Source: Escherichia phage vB_EcoM_CUA3
Strand: one strand, 5' to 3'
DNA length: 64,000 nucleotides
Sequence record: PP410321
Shown here: in pieces, positions 9,607 to 19,989 of the stretch
Position numbering within the stretch: the stretch's first letter is position 1
How the letters are laid out: each line of letters opens with the position of its first letter
The notes under the pieces: model-generated
What the model was told of the DNA's origin: nothing
The model's database searches: none
What the model saw: only the letters and a program-made list of their open reading frames with translations
Position numbers and translations under genes: made by a program

Positions 9607-10377
9607 NNNNNNNNNNNNNNNATAGAACGAACGGTGCAACCGTTTAAATTGACGAATCATCTTTTTGGTAGGACGGGTATACAACCCTATACAAGTGGCC
9701 ATAAACTGGTCAGTAGGACTTCCTTTGATAAGAAGTTTCCAGACCTTGTCACCGTTAAACTTTTCGGTATANNNNNNNNNNNNNNNNNNNNNNNNNNNNN
9801 NNNNNNNNNNNNNNNNNNNNNNNNNNNNNNNNNNNNNNNNNNNNNNNNNNNNNNNNNNNNNNNNNNNNNNNNNNNNNNNNNNNNNNNNNNNNNNNNNNNN
9901 NNNNNNNNNNNNNNNNNNNNNNNNNNNNNNNNNNNNNNNNNNNNNNNNNNNNNNNNNNNNNNNNNNNNNNNNNNNNNNNNNNNNNNNNNNNNNNNNNNNN
10001 NNNNNNNNNNNNNNNNNNNNNNNNNNNNNNNNNNNNNNNNNNNNNNNNNNNNNNNNNNNNNNNNNNNNNNNNNNNNNNNNNNNTTCATCAGAACGCCTTA
10101 TCAGCAAAGCGAAGTTGAGCTTCAAGCCAATGGATATAATCAGCTGCAGCNNNNNNNNNNNNNNNNNNNNNNNNNNNNNNNNNNNNNNNNNNNNNNNNNT
10201 CGTAAAGTGAATGTTCAATCAGACGGCCTTTATGTCGGCCAACTTCAATTTTGGTACTCATATCCAAACTCCATATCGATTAAATCATTGTTTGAAGGTT
10301 CATTATACTCTATTTCGGAATCGTTGTAAACCGGTTCCTCTGGCTCGGTAGTTTCCCACCGAGCGACATACCATGGC

Positions 10378-10686
10378 TTAACGGTCACACCACCAACTAC
10401 TTACTTCAAAATCAGGCTCGCCGTTTTCCCAATACCAAGGGCCAACTGGATGCCAATCGCCATGTTCATCTTCTTCAAATTCTTCAGATTCAAGCCCAAC
10501 GTATTGCCATTGGACTTCATAAGCGGTGCCACCGATTACAACAGTGTTCTCGCCATATGGATGGGCTACAGCAAAGTCTATACCTTCTGCTTTGGCTAAC
10601 CAAACCATATATTCGTATAGCTTATATTCCAGGTCATCTTCGGTGCCATCACCTAGAAAAATGGTTTGTTCGTTTAATTCAATCAT
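10378..10686 (-). CDS. hypothetical protein
   Basis: 102-aa acidic, Trp-rich ORF; overlaps nrdC start. Confidence 0.4.
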   Translation of the reverse strand: MIELNEQTIFLGDGTEDDLEYKLYEYMVWLAKAEGIDFAVAHPYGENTVVIGGTAYEVQWQYVGLESEEFEEDEHGDWHPVGPWYWENGEPDFEVSSWWCDR

Positions 10687-10946
10687 TTGAAATACGCTCG
10701 CAGTTGGTCAAACCCACCGATAGAAGTTCCGTCCGGAGCAAATACCTGAGGCATGGTCAAACCTACTTGAGATTCACGACCAAGAGCAGCCAGGAGTTCA
10801 GCAATCTTCTCATCATCAAATACGCCTTTTTCCGGCATCACGTTAATGAATTCGTAAGGTTGTTTCTTAACATCAAGCAGACGTTTGGCATTATCACAGA
10901 AAACACAACGGTGAATATTTGAATCGTAACCATAAACTTTAAACAT
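10683..10946 (-). CDS. nrdC: thioredoxin/glutaredoxin NrdC
   Basis: 87 aa, near-identical to T4 NrdC as I recall it (MFKVYGYDSNIHxCVxCDNAKRLL...MPQVFAPDG). Confidence 0.9.
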   Translation of the reverse strand: MFKVYGYDSNIHRCVFCDNAKRLLDVKKQPYEFINVMPEKGVFDDEKIAELLAALGRESQVGLTMPQVFAPDGTSIGGFDQLRAYFK

Positions 10947-10947
10947 T

Positions 10948-11184
10948 TTAAATTCCTAATACTTGTTTGAATGCCTCAGAACGGTCAAGTTCTGTTCCAT
11001 ATTTTTCCATGTGCTCATATTTTAAATCATACACATCAGATAGTATATTATTATACGAGCGAGTTAAAGCAGATTTCAATACCGAATAACTGTCCGGGAA
11101 TTTACCGTGCTCTTTATAATAAGCTAGAGTAAGTTCGCGGACTGCCTTATCGGCAGCCTCTACATATTCTTTACGCTTTGCCAT
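10948..11184 (-). CDS. hypothetical protein
   Basis: ORF with ATG at 11182-11184 (MAKRKEY...); upstream part masked. Confidence 0.35.
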   Translation of the reverse strand: MAKRKEYVEAADKAVRELTLAYYKEHGKFPDSYSVLKSALTRSYNNILSDVYDLKYEHMEKYGTELDRSEAFKQVLGI

Positions 11185-11388
11185 TTTCAACTCTATCAAA
11201 TTTATGTTTACAATGGCGACATTTNNNNNNNNNNNNNNNNNNNNNNNNNNNNNNNNNNNNNNNNNNNNNNNNNNNNNNNNNNNNNNNNNNNNNNNNNNNN
11301 NNNNNNNNNNNNNNNNNNNNNNNNNNNNNNNNNNNNNNNNNNNNNNNNNNNNNNNNNNNNNNNNCAATATCTTCAGCTAAACGTTGTT

Positions 11389-12399
11389 TCATTTCAACAG
11401 CTCCAGAGCTTGTTCAAGACGGTCTAAACGATTGGTAGACTCTTCCCAAAGTTTCTTGGCGGCAGTATATTGACCGGTAAGTTTTTTGTTAATAGCAAGG
11501 GCATCTTTATACGCTTTTTCCAAAGCAACTATTTCTGGCAACTTAGATTTAGTAATTGGCGTAGGAGCCATGATAGGGCTATTCAAGTCATTAATCAAGT
11601 CTTCTAATGTAGCAGGCTCTTTATCAATGTTCACAATTTCCTCACATTTTTCTTGGTAAATTTCGGCATCAGTTTTTGGAACACGGCATTTGATTTCACG
11701 GACTGTTACTAAGACCTCATATCCTTTCCAGCCTAAGTGGTGTTTAACTTCTTGGGTCTCATATTTCTCTACTGTATCCATCAGAGCTAAAGCTTGTTCG
11801 ATAGTATTCAAGGTATCATAAGCAATATCTTGATACTTTACAACTTCCGCGTCATCTTTAGGTTTCCTATTAGGTGACCAAATAACAGAAATAATTGCTT
11901 TTCCTTTATAACTATTTGTTTTAATCATGCAATTCGCCATAGGGTGAATAGTACGGGAACCACCGGAAACTATGGTTTTAGAGGCCGCTTTGAGAATTAA
12001 TGCAGAGTTAGCCTTGAATTCGGTAACCCAACGTTGTGGAAATAAACTACTAGGGTCCATACCTTTAATTTTGATATAACTTTTTATGGTATCACCAAAC
12101 CATTTGTAGCTAACAGCATGGCTAGAACCCGGATATTTCTCTTTACCGAACTCAGAAAGGATGTCCTTATTGACCAGTCGCGAAAGCAGTCGAGAACCTT
12201 TAAATGTATTTACGATATCAGGAATAAACAAGCGACCCGCGATCTTTTCGATTTCGGCTTTGAAACAGCGCGATAATGCATCATCAATTTGGTCGACCCA
12301 TTTATTGATATTAGAAACTATTACCACATATGGGGTTAATGGAGGGGTGTTGGCAGTGATATACGTAGTAAAGGCATTGATGTATTCAGTACGAGTCAT
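11389..12399 (-). CDS. hypothetical protein
   Basis: 337-aa ORF from ATG 12397-12399 (MTRTEY), SD gaggag; coiled-coil C-terminus. Confidence 0.5.
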   Translation of the reverse strand: MTRTEYINAFTTYITANTPPLTPYVVIVSNINKWVDQIDDALSRCFKAEIEKIAGRLFIPDIVNTFKGSRLLSRLVNKDILSEFGKEKYPGSSHAVSYKWFGDTIKSYIKIKGMDPSSLFPQRWVTEFKANSALILKAASKTIVSGGSRTIHPMANCMIKTNSYKGKAIISVIWSPNRKPKDDAEVVKYQDIAYDTLNTIEQALALMDTVEKYETQEVKHHLGWKGYEVLVTVREIKCRVPKTDAEIYQEKCEEIVNIDKEPATLEDLINDLNSPIMAPTPITKSKLPEIVALEKAYKDALAINKKLTGQYTAAKKLWEESTNRLDRLEQALELLK

Positions 12400-12427
12400 G
12401 ATATTCTCCTCANNAGTTGATAGAAAG

Positions 12428-12457
12428 ATTATACTCCATCCATCCTTGGATGTAAAC
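12428..12457 (-). promoter_or_regulatory. T4-type early promoter
   Basis: GTTTAC (12452-12457), 18 nt, TATAAT (12428-12433). Confidence 0.55.
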
Positions 12458-12458
12458 A

Positions 12459-13364
12459 TTATTTTAGAGCTAATACTGCGGCGCGGAGCTTGTCACGCTG
12501 GAGTTCCATGTTCTTGATGCGAATCAATACGTCTTGAATACTCTTTTTCTCATCTTCGATCTGACCGTTTAAACGGTGGATTGATTCCTGGAGGTGGTCC
12601 TCATGATACTTCTCGATAGGTTTCATCGTAGGGTTAGTAACCACCATAGAATTATCAGGTGTAATTTTCCAATGATACGGTTTGGAATTGAATGGACTAG
12701 GCACCGCGGTGGTTTTGAATTTGTCATAGGCTGCATATTGGCCTACGCTATCACATGATACCGCAGAGGTAGAGATAGAGATACGTCGTTCCATTTGTGG
12801 GTCCTTTTGTTGGGATTGATAAGGGGCATAAGACAAAAGATATTCGCGAGTTAGTTTAACTCTGATATAAACTGCATCAGCTCGCCCAGAACAATCAGCA
12901 TATTCATCGGTTGTAACTTTATATGATTCTACTGCCTTAATACGAGTCATTGCTTCCCTGAATAAGGTTTCGAATGCTTCACGAAGGGCCTTATTGCCTT
13001 TTGAGGTGGGACGGAAACGAACTTGGATACCGTCAGGCAGAATATTAATGACTAGGTTACGAGCCGTAAAATTAATATTCTTGATATTAACAGGAACAGT
13101 AGCAATGCGTCCTGCAGTAGCCAAGAGGTCTTTGATATTAGCTCGCAATGTTGCACCAAACAGTTGGGCTGGGCTACGGCAATAGTCATTCAAAGAGCTG
13201 ATGTAAGTTCCTTTACGGCCTACACCATAAGTATAATTACCATTACAAATATGGCCAAAGTCTGCCAGCCGATCGATAGCGATACGACGTGTGGTATCAA
13301 AATCATATCGGGAATATTCTTTACGTGTTTTAATGTTCATATTAAAGTCCAAATAATTTTTCAT
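12459..13364 (-). CDS. hypothetical protein
   Basis: about 301-aa ORF, ATG 13362-13364. Confidence 0.45.
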   Translation of the reverse strand: MKNYLDFNMNIKTRKEYSRYDFDTTRRIAIDRLADFGHICNGNYTYGVGRKGTYISSLNDYCRSPAQLFGATLRANIKDLLATAGRIATVPVNIKNINFTARNLVINILPDGIQVRFRPTSKGNKALREAFETLFREAMTRIKAVESYKVTTDEYADCSGRADAVYIRVKLTREYLLSYAPYQSQQKDPQMERRISISTSAVSCDSVGQYAAYDKFKTTAVPSPFNSKPYHWKITPDNSMVVTNPTMKPIEKYHEDHLQESIHRLNGQIEDEKKSIQDVLIRIKNMELQRDKLRAAVLALK

Positions 13365-13557
13365 AGAATTTAGCAATAGGCCANNNNAAACANATCATAA
13401 NNNNNNCNAAGCAAAACAGAGGCCATACTAGTGTAATGAATACTGCATCATAGCTTGATTCAATTTCGATTGGATTCCAATCACCTGATTTATGAATGAT
13501 AAAGGTCGTCACGAATCCTAGCACAAAGTAAAGGAGAATAAAACCTACAATTTCCAT
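13342..13557 (-). CDS. hypothetical small membrane protein
   Basis: 71 aa with two hydrophobic segments; short N run inside. Confidence 0.35.
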   Translation of the reverse strand: MEIVGFILLYFVLGFVTTFIIHKSGDWNPIEIESSYDAVFITLVWPLFCXXXXMXCXXWPIAKFYEKLFGL

Positions 13558-13641
13558 ATTAACCTATAATGTTTGAGAAAATTAGCCACAGAACACCCGT
13601 GGCCACGATTACATATCCAAGAACGGCGAGCCATTCCATAA

Positions 13642-14484
13642 TTAATCCTTAAGAAGATTTAGGATATCGATATATTTTTGACGTTCAGCCTTAGCTTTAG
13701 CATTCAGACCAGAGAGTCGGAAAATCTCATCATCTTGTTGTTGGATTGTAACATTCAAGCAAGTAAGCAAATTGCTAAAATACTCGATTTGAGATTGATG
13801 CTTCTCATTGCTGCGCACTGGTACAGGTTCCGGTTTAGGAGCTTCTGAATGCTCTTNNNNNNNNNNNNNNNNNNNNNNNNNNNNNNNNNNNNNNNNNNNN
13901 NNNNNNNNNNNNNNNNNNNNNNNNNNNNNNNNNNNNNGTTCTAGTTCAGACAAAGCCAATCGAAGATGGAATTTCCAGTTGTCATATTGACAACCACTAA
14001 AAGTTGAAGTAAGATACTCGTTTTCGTTACCTGGTTGGTTGACAATATTAAAGATAATCCAATCGCCTGAACCATTAGTCTTAAATGGCATTTGCTTATC
14101 TTGACCTTTTGCAAGGCGAGCACCCAGTGCTAGTAAACGACGTTGGTTAGTACGAAGGTCTTTAACAACTTCATCAAATGACATCGCCGGGATTAAACGA
14201 CCGTAGAGGTCATAGCCTTTGTTATAATTTCTAAGAATAATTCTGGCGTTAGCACGAGTCAACATACCTGTCCTGTGAAGAGATTTCATGACTCGGTCTT
14301 CTAACGTAAACAAACCTTTAGTCTTGTCAAAGATTTTAGTGAATTCATCTNNNACAGTACAAACTTCAAACTTTTCCCACATCATNNNNNNNACCTTTTC
14401 AACCACTTCTTTATNNNTCGGAATACGACCAAATTTAATAACTTTTTTAACTTCAGAACGAATTTGATTAATTGCTTGTGACAT
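13642..14484 (-). CDS. hypothetical protein
   Basis: 280-aa ORF beginning MSQAI; shares an identical 26-nt initiation region with the gene at 6660..6995. Confidence 0.45.
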   Translation of the reverse strand: MSQAINQIRSEVKKVIKFGRIPXXKEVVEKXXXMMWEKFEVCTXXDEFTKIFDKTKGLFTLEDRVMKSLHRTGMLTRANARIILRNYNKGYDLYGRLIPAMSFDEVVKDLRTNQRRLLALGARLAKGQDKQMPFKTNGSGDWIIFNIVNQPGNENEYLTSTFSGCQYDNWKFHLRLALSELEXXXXXXXXXXXXXXXXXXXXXXXXXXXXEHSEAPKPEPVPVRSNEKHQSQIEYFSNLLTCLNVTIQQQDDEIFRLSGLNAKAKAERQKYIDILNLLKD

Positions 14485-14521
14485 AATAATTTCCTCAGTA
14501 AGTAATTAAGAACCTAGAACC

Positions 14522-14548
14522 ATTATACCATCCTTGGTATAAAGCGTT
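14522..14548 (-). promoter_or_regulatory. middle-promoter-like element (MotA-box-like GCTTTA, 12 nt, TATAAT)
   Basis: minus-strand cGCTTTAt-12 nt-TATAAT upstream of the 13642..14484 gene. Confidence 0.4.
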
Positions 14549-15072
14549 TATGCGAGAACCGTCTTTAAACGCTCTTCAAATTTCTGAAGCAGAGCTTGGC
14601 GTTCAGCTCGTTGTGATTTGTACTGCTCGATACGACCTGAAGTGAGGGCGTACTGTTCGTTTACTGATTCCCGCATAAATTCAGGAATCTCTTTACAAGC
14701 TTTGATTTCGTCAAACTTATCAATAACCGCTTGTTCCTCGGCAATCAGATTATCGAAATAAGCGATATCCGATTTAACGTTTGCCAGGTCAGATTCAGTA
14801 GGCATTAAACGTTTGTTACGTTCAGCTTGATAAGCCTGGTTGGTTTCACGACTCCAGTGGAGAGTACGTTTTTTGTTAGTGTTTTTATAGAGCTCTACAA
14901 TACCAACTGAATCGATGATAGCAATCCAGTTCCAACGGCTTTTGTAAATCTCTCCTCCAGATACGGTAATCTCATTACCACAAGCAACGTCGTTAAAGAA
15001 CTTGCTTTGTTTTTCAGATTTGAAATTACCGTTGTTAAAATTAATCAGTGAAAAAATATCTTTAGCGTTCAT
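14548..15072 (-). CDS. hypothetical protein
   Basis: 174-aa ORF, ATG 15070-15072, SD ggaggt. Confidence 0.45.
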   Translation of the reverse strand: MNAKDIFSLINFNNGNFKSEKQSKFFNDVACGNEITVSGGEIYKSRWNWIAIIDSVGIVELYKNTNKKRTLHWSRETNQAYQAERNKRLMPTESDLANVKSDIAYFDNLIAEEQAVIDKFDEIKACKEIPEFMRESVNEQYALTSGRIEQYKSQRAERQALLQKFEERLKTVLA

Positions 15073-15098
15073 GATAACCTCCAGTAGTTGATAGGTCT

Positions 15099-15127
15099 AT
15101 AGTATCATTTCTACTGGAGATGTAAAC
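15099..15127 (-). promoter_or_regulatory. T4-type early promoter
   Basis: GTTTAC (15122-15127), 17 nt, TACTAT (15099-15104). Confidence 0.55.
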
Positions 15128-15471
15128 TACTNNNNNNNNNNNNNNNNNNNNNNNNNNNNNNNNNNNNNNNNNNNNNNNNNNNNNNNTTTCCGTTGGTGTT
15201 TAATACGAATAAGGTATTCATTCCTGATGGCGCAGAGTTCATCTCTGAAGTCGCCTGCCAACTTAACCTGCTTACGGTCTAGATTTATTAAGGCCTGGGT
15301 CTTCGCGGCCAAGGCCAGTCTCTTGTAGTCTCCTTCTTCACAATCGGTTTTATAAACCTTCTCAGCGAATTGGTACTTAAATTCATTATCATAGTCTTCG
15401 ATAGACTGTTTCATGGCATTAGAGTATTTCAACTCTGCTTTTATAAGGTCGTAACTAAATTGTTCGAACAT
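15127..15471 (-). CDS. hypothetical protein
   Basis: 114-aa ORF, C-terminus masked. Confidence 0.35.
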   Translation of the reverse strand: MFEQFSYDLIKAELKYSNAMKQSIEDYDNEFKYQFAEKVYKTDCEEGDYKRLALAAKTQALINLDRKQVKLAGDFRDELCAIRNEYLIRIKHQRKXXXXXXXXXXXXXXXXXXX

Positions 15472-15481
15472 AATTTCACCT

Positions 15482-16462
15482 TTATTTCAGAAGTGTAACT
15501 TCAGCGATTTCGCTCCAGTCATTTTTATCGGTGGCAATGAAGTCCGCCAGATAAAGAGCTGTACGTAATGATACGTTACGAAGGCGAGATACATTAGCCT
15601 TCATCCATGCTAAAGCTTGATAAGTCTCGGCATCGTTCAGACCACGGTTTTGCATCATATCAGTGGACAAGATAACGTCTTCAACACGAACCATAATCTC
15701 TTCGTTTGAGTGAACACCCAAGTCGAGATAAACGGAACGAGATACTAAAGCCTGGAGGTGTGGAGCAAGTTTAGTACCACGTTCTAATTCACGGTCAATA
15801 TCAACGTTGGTGATGAACACGATGGTGCCTTCGTATTCGAATTCTTTATCGATGTTTTTATCATCGAGATAAGAACTTGAAGTGCTCCAACATACCTTAC
15901 GTTTCTCGCCTGTATCCAATGCCGCTTTCAGAAGGTTCAGGATATCCATGTCAGAGAATACATCAACATCATCGATAAGAAGAACACTATTAGGGCCGCG
16001 GTTATTCCAAAGCTGCTCGTAAAGACCGATTCCACTAATCTTTCCGTTGATTGATTTATATTCGATAGTTTCATTTTCGTGGGCATTCTGTAATGCTTTA
16101 TCCAAAGAGTATGTTTTACCAATACCGGCGGCACCAGAGATGATAAGGGAACGAATTTTACCATCGATGATTCCGTTAGTCATCATGTTCATTACTTTAA
16201 AACGTTTGTTGATGCGGTGTTTCATTTCTTCGGCGGATTCGGTAATCGCTACAGGAGCTTCAGCACCTTCCATTTCGATGTCACATTTAAACACCCATAC
16301 ACCACGTTCAACACCATCAATCTGTACAAATACCTTACCATCACCGAGATGAGCTTCAGATTCATGAATTTTATTAGGAAACCAGGTTTTACCTGAACTC
16401 ATGAACGTACCAGAGATTTCATTACCGCGATAGATGCCTTTGTTGATTTTGATAGTTAACAT
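15482..16462 (-). CDS. AAA+/P-loop ATPase of unknown function
   Basis: Walker A ISGAAGIGKT and Walker B LLIDDVD; about 90-aa N-terminal domain; ATG 16460-16462 with SD ggagaa. Confidence 0.6.
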   Translation of the reverse strand: MLTIKINKGIYRGNEISGTFMSSGKTWFPNKIHESEAHLGDGKVFVQIDGVERGVWVFKCDIEMEGAEAPVAITESAEEMKHRINKRFKVMNMMTNGIIDGKIRSLIISGAAGIGKTYSLDKALQNAHENETIEYKSINGKISGIGLYEQLWNNRGPNSVLLIDDVDVFSDMDILNLLKAALDTGEKRKVCWSTSSSYLDDKNIDKEFEYEGTIVFITNVDIDRELERGTKLAPHLQALVSRSVYLDLGVHSNEEIMVRVEDVILSTDMMQNRGLNDAETYQALAWMKANVSRLRNVSLRTALYLADFIATDKNDWSEIAEVTLLK

Positions 16463-16921
16463 TTTATTCTCCTTCACTCAGTAGATTTGATAGGTCCATA
16501 ATAACATGNNNNNNNNNNNNNNNNNNNNNNNNNNNNNNNNNNNNNNNNNNNNNNNNNNNNNNNNNNNNNNNNNNNNNNNNNNNNNNNNNNNNNNNNNNNN
16601 NNNNNNNNNNNNNNNNNNNNNNNNNNNNNNNNNNNNNNNNNNNNNNNNNNNNNNNNNNNNNNNNNNNNNNNNNNNNNNNNNNNNNNNNNNNNNNNNNNNN
16701 NNNNNNNNNNNNNNNNNNNNNNNNNNNNNNNNNNNNNNNNNNNNNNNNNNNNNNNNNNNNNNNNNNNNNNNNNNNNNNNNNNNNNNNNNNNNNNNNNNNT
16801 GATAGGTCTATAATAACNNNNNNNNNNNNNNNNNNNNNNACTTTTTTGCACTAAACCCAAAAAAGGNNNNNNNNNNNNNNNNNNNNNNNNNNNNNNNNNN
16901 NNNNNNNNNNNNNNNNNNNNN

Positions 16922-17892
16922 TCGACGAACTTGTCCCAGAACTTCATGTCCACCTTCGCAGGCATACCATTCTTAGCTGCCCAGATGGCATTGGTTTCGA
17001 CTTCATCAACTATAGCTTCGAGCTCAGCCTGTACATCTTTAAAAGCATGTAGCCCTTGTTTGATTTCAAGGATAAATGGTGCTGTTCGTAAAGGATATTG
17101 AAGGTCACCAGTTTGATAGATTTCCTTCAACTGGTATCCAGCCCGATAAGCATGGCTCAGAGCTTTCCAGTCAATACCTTCATTGGCTTCTGCCTTACGA
17201 GCGCGCTCGCCATATTCAGCATCAAGTTTATTCAGGGATTGCTTGAGCTCTGTAATTGATAACGTTGTTTGGTACTTACGTCCGAGAACAGTATAGAACG
17301 TTTGTGGACCTGTTTTCTCATGGTTATGGAATACCCATTCACAGAACTCGTTTTCAGGGAGTCTGTGTTTGATATCTTCTACCTTAGTACGACGNNNNNN
17401 NNNNNNNNNNNCTTCTTGATAGTCGACCCACTGTTCAGGAATCTGGTTAACGATTGCCAGTACACCACGCAGTGCAGCCAATCGAGAACCTTTAACACCA
17501 TATTTGGAAGCTTGCTTACGGACATACCCTAAATAGGCTTTCATGTTAGTTGTATAGAACCGAGAACGGTTGTCTTGGATAAACTTCCACACATCCGGTA
17601 AATCAGATTTGACTACCAGTTCAGGAGGGGTATGAATCATGTCTAGAGCAACAGTTTCACCTTCAGCGGCCAGTTTAAAGAAATATTTCAGACTATAAAG
17701 CTCATGGTCAATATCGTCTTTTGTATTTTTGGATGCAGTGTTATTCGTGTTCAGGTTGGTATGGTTCATTGCCGTACCCAACAGAATATCACGCGGATGA
17801 GGAACAAAGATTTCTTTAAAATCGACATCAGATTCTGGAGTACTTGTTCCATAAAGATGGCTACCGAAGTAGCCTTTCATAACTGTTCTCAT
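16922..17892 (-). CDS. predicted nucleotidyltransferase (minimal NTase fold), 3' end masked
   Basis: N-terminal GS-x9-SDVDF motif (YFGSHLYGTSTPESDVDF) typical of Pol-beta-superfamily nucleotidyltransferases; ATG 17890-17892. Confidence 0.55.
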
Positions 17893-18341
17893 TTCTTAGC
17901 CTCAAAATGGATTACCGGACACATCTTAGATTTACGAGCTTTAATATATTGNNNNNNNNNNNNNNNNNNNNNNNNNNNNNNNNNNNNNNNNNNNNNNNNN
18001 NNNNNNNNNNNNNNNNNNNNNNNNNNNNNNNNNNNNNNNNNNNNNNNNNNNNNNNNNNNNNNNNNNNNNNNNNNNNNNNNNNNNNNNNNNNNNNNNNNNN
18101 NNNNNNNNNNNNNNNNNNNNNNNNNNNNNNNNNNAACAGGAGTACTCAATACAAAGAACTGCTCCAATATACCGGCACCTGCAACAGTTAAGCCGAAAAT
18201 AGTACTACCTGCAANNNNNNNNNNNNNNNNNNNNNCCCAAACCATTTTCCAGAAGTATGCNNNNNNNNNNNNNNNNNNNNNNNNNNNGNCATAAAAGCGG
18301 TCATGTAATTTAACATGCCAAGAGTTTTCATTGATAATCAT
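17889..18341 (-). CDS. hypothetical protein (mostly masked)
   Basis: ORF ends visible, body N-masked; one hydrophobic segment. Confidence 0.25.
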   Translation of the reverse strand: MIINENSWHVKLHDRFYXXXXXXXXXXAYFWKMVWXXXXXXXXAGSTIFGLTVAGAGILEQFFVLSTPVXXXXXXXXXXXXXXXXXXXXXXXXXXXXXXXXXXXXXXXXXXXXXXXXXXXXXXXXXXXXXQYIKARKSKMCPVIHFEAKK

Positions 18342-18351
18342 AATATTTNCC

Positions 18352-18912
18352 TTAAGGGTTCATAGTTGGGATAACAGAGTTCAGATAAGATACTAAAACT
18401 TTTAGCTCGTCCTTCGTAAATACAACTTCATTTTCACCGTCGTGTCTTTGGACCAAGGATAGCAAATCACGGCCCTGGTGTTGATACACGGTTAGTTCGG
18501 TATCATAATCCATTTCTTCTTCATCACCTTCAAAGGTTTCACTAGAACGAATTACGGCATCTTGACCAGGGACTTTCCATTCAACTTCCGGCTTGCATTC
18601 TTCCTGGAACAGTTTAAAAATACATTTAAAGAAATTACTAGAATCGCTAATGCTCAGACATTCNNNNNNNNNNNNNNNNNNNNNNNNNNNNNNNNNNNNN
18701 NNNNNNNNNNNNNNNNNNNNNNNNNNNNNNNNNNNNNNNNNNNNNNNNNNNNNNNNNNNNNNNNNNTGTTTGTCCAAAACCTTTAAATCATAAAGCGGCT
18801 TGATATCTTGGATAGTCAGTACGATTTTATCGTCTTCTTGTGAAAGCACAATTGCATTATCAACTACTTCAGCAGTCAGGTCACCAAACAGCCCAGATGT
18901 TTCAATAATCAT
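18352..18912 (-). CDS. hypothetical acidic protein
   Basis: 186-aa ORF, middle masked. Confidence 0.35.
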   Translation of the reverse strand: MIIETSGLFGDLTAEVVDNAIVLSQEDDKIVLTIQDIKPLYDLKVLDKXXXXXXXXXXXXXXXXXXXXXXXXXXXXXXXXXXXECLSISDSSNFFKCIFKLFQEECKPEVEWKVPGQDAVIRSSETFEGDEEEMDYDTELTVYQHQGRDLLSLVQRHDGENEVVFTKDELKVLVSYLNSVIPTMNP

Positions 18913-18922
18913 TTTCCGTTCC

Positions 18923-19195
18923 TCACCGGTTATGTTTTAAAATACTATAAAGCTCTTCGACTTGGCTTGCATTCAGACAAATCATATCATTTTCTTGTTG
19001 GAGCGTGATTCCGCCTTTTTCTTCCCAATCTTTAACAAAGATGTCATCGTCAGACTCTTCGACATCTGCCAAAAGGACAATAATACCATCTTCAGAACAA
19101 CCGTTTGGATCGTATAACATTACAGTTTCCTCGCTAACCATGAAAAGAATAAACCTATTAAAACTGGACCAATAAGCATTGTAAGCCAAGCCCAA
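18923..19195 (-). CDS. hypothetical protein
   Basis: 90-aa ORF. Confidence 0.35.
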   Translation of the reverse strand: MGLAYNAYWSSFNRFILFMVSEETVMLYDPNGCSEDGIIVLLADVEESDDDIFVKDWEEKGGITLQQENDMICLNASQVEELYSILKHNR

Positions 19196-19211
19196 GGTTC
19201 AAGATAGTAAA

Positions 19212-19469
19212 TCATCTCATGCTCCTATGCCAGCAGTTACGTGGCTCACGTTTAAAAATTTCATCATGCATTGACTGACAACCTATACAGTATATCACAC
19301 CTTTGATAGCTTGACGTCGTGCTTCAGGAATCTCTTCATCACAATCAAAACAATATTTAGCCGATTCACGTTCAACTGCTACTTGCTTACGGGCGTGTAC
19401 TATAGCGGCCTGAACGACCGCTTCCATTTCTAGCTGTTCAGCTCCGTCCTTAGCAAATCCAACGGCCAT
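19212..19469 (-). CDS. TraR/DksA-family C4 zinc-finger protein
   Basis: CFDCDEEIPEARRQAIKGVIYCIGCQ matches the TraR/DksA zinc-ribbon signature; 85 aa. Confidence 0.65.
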   Translation of the reverse strand: MAVGFAKDGAEQLEMEAVVQAAIVHARKQVAVERESAKYCFDCDEEIPEARRQAIKGVIYCIGCQSMHDEIFKREPRNCWHRSMR

Positions 19470-19920
19470 TATGCTTTCAACTCATTAAGATACTCAACCA
19501 AGGCTGCTTTAGAGTTAGCCAAATCCCGTTTACACTGCTCTATTCCGGAATACGAATAGCCTTCGCAATATTCAACAGCTAGGTCATTGGATGCGTTTTC
19601 AATGTGCTGGGCGAGTTTGATAATTTTCTCAATCTGTTCAGTAGTTAACATAANNNNNNNNNNNNNNNNNNNNNNNNNNNNNNNNNNNNNNNNNNNNNNN
19701 NNNNNNNNNNNNNNNNNNNNNNNNNNNNNNNNNNNNNNNNNNNNNNNNNNNNNNNNNNNNNNNNNNNNNNNNNNNNNNNNNNNNNNNNNNNNNNNNNNNN
19801 NNNNNNNNNNNNNNNNNNNNNNNNNNNNNNNNNNNNNNNNNNNNNNNNNNNNNNNNNNNNNNNNNNNNNNNNNNNNNNNNNNNNNNNNNNNNACTNTTCT
19901 CCTCATTAGTTGATAGGTCT

Positions 19921-19949
19921 ATAGTATCACGTTCCTAGAGGATGTAAAC
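19921..19949 (-). promoter_or_regulatory. T4-type early promoter
   Basis: GTTTAC (19944-19949), 17 nt, TACTAT (19921-19926); drives a masked downstream gene. Confidence 0.55.
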
Positions 19950-19957
19950 ACCAAAAC

Positions 19958-19984
19958 GAAAAAAGGTCCCACCGAAGTGAGACC
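19958..19984 (-). terminator. rho-independent terminator
   Basis: minus-strand GGUCUCAC-UUCG-GUGGGACC hairpin followed by UUUUUU, directly after the stop of the 19990..20373 gene. Confidence 0.6.
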
Positions 19985-19989
19985 TTTGA

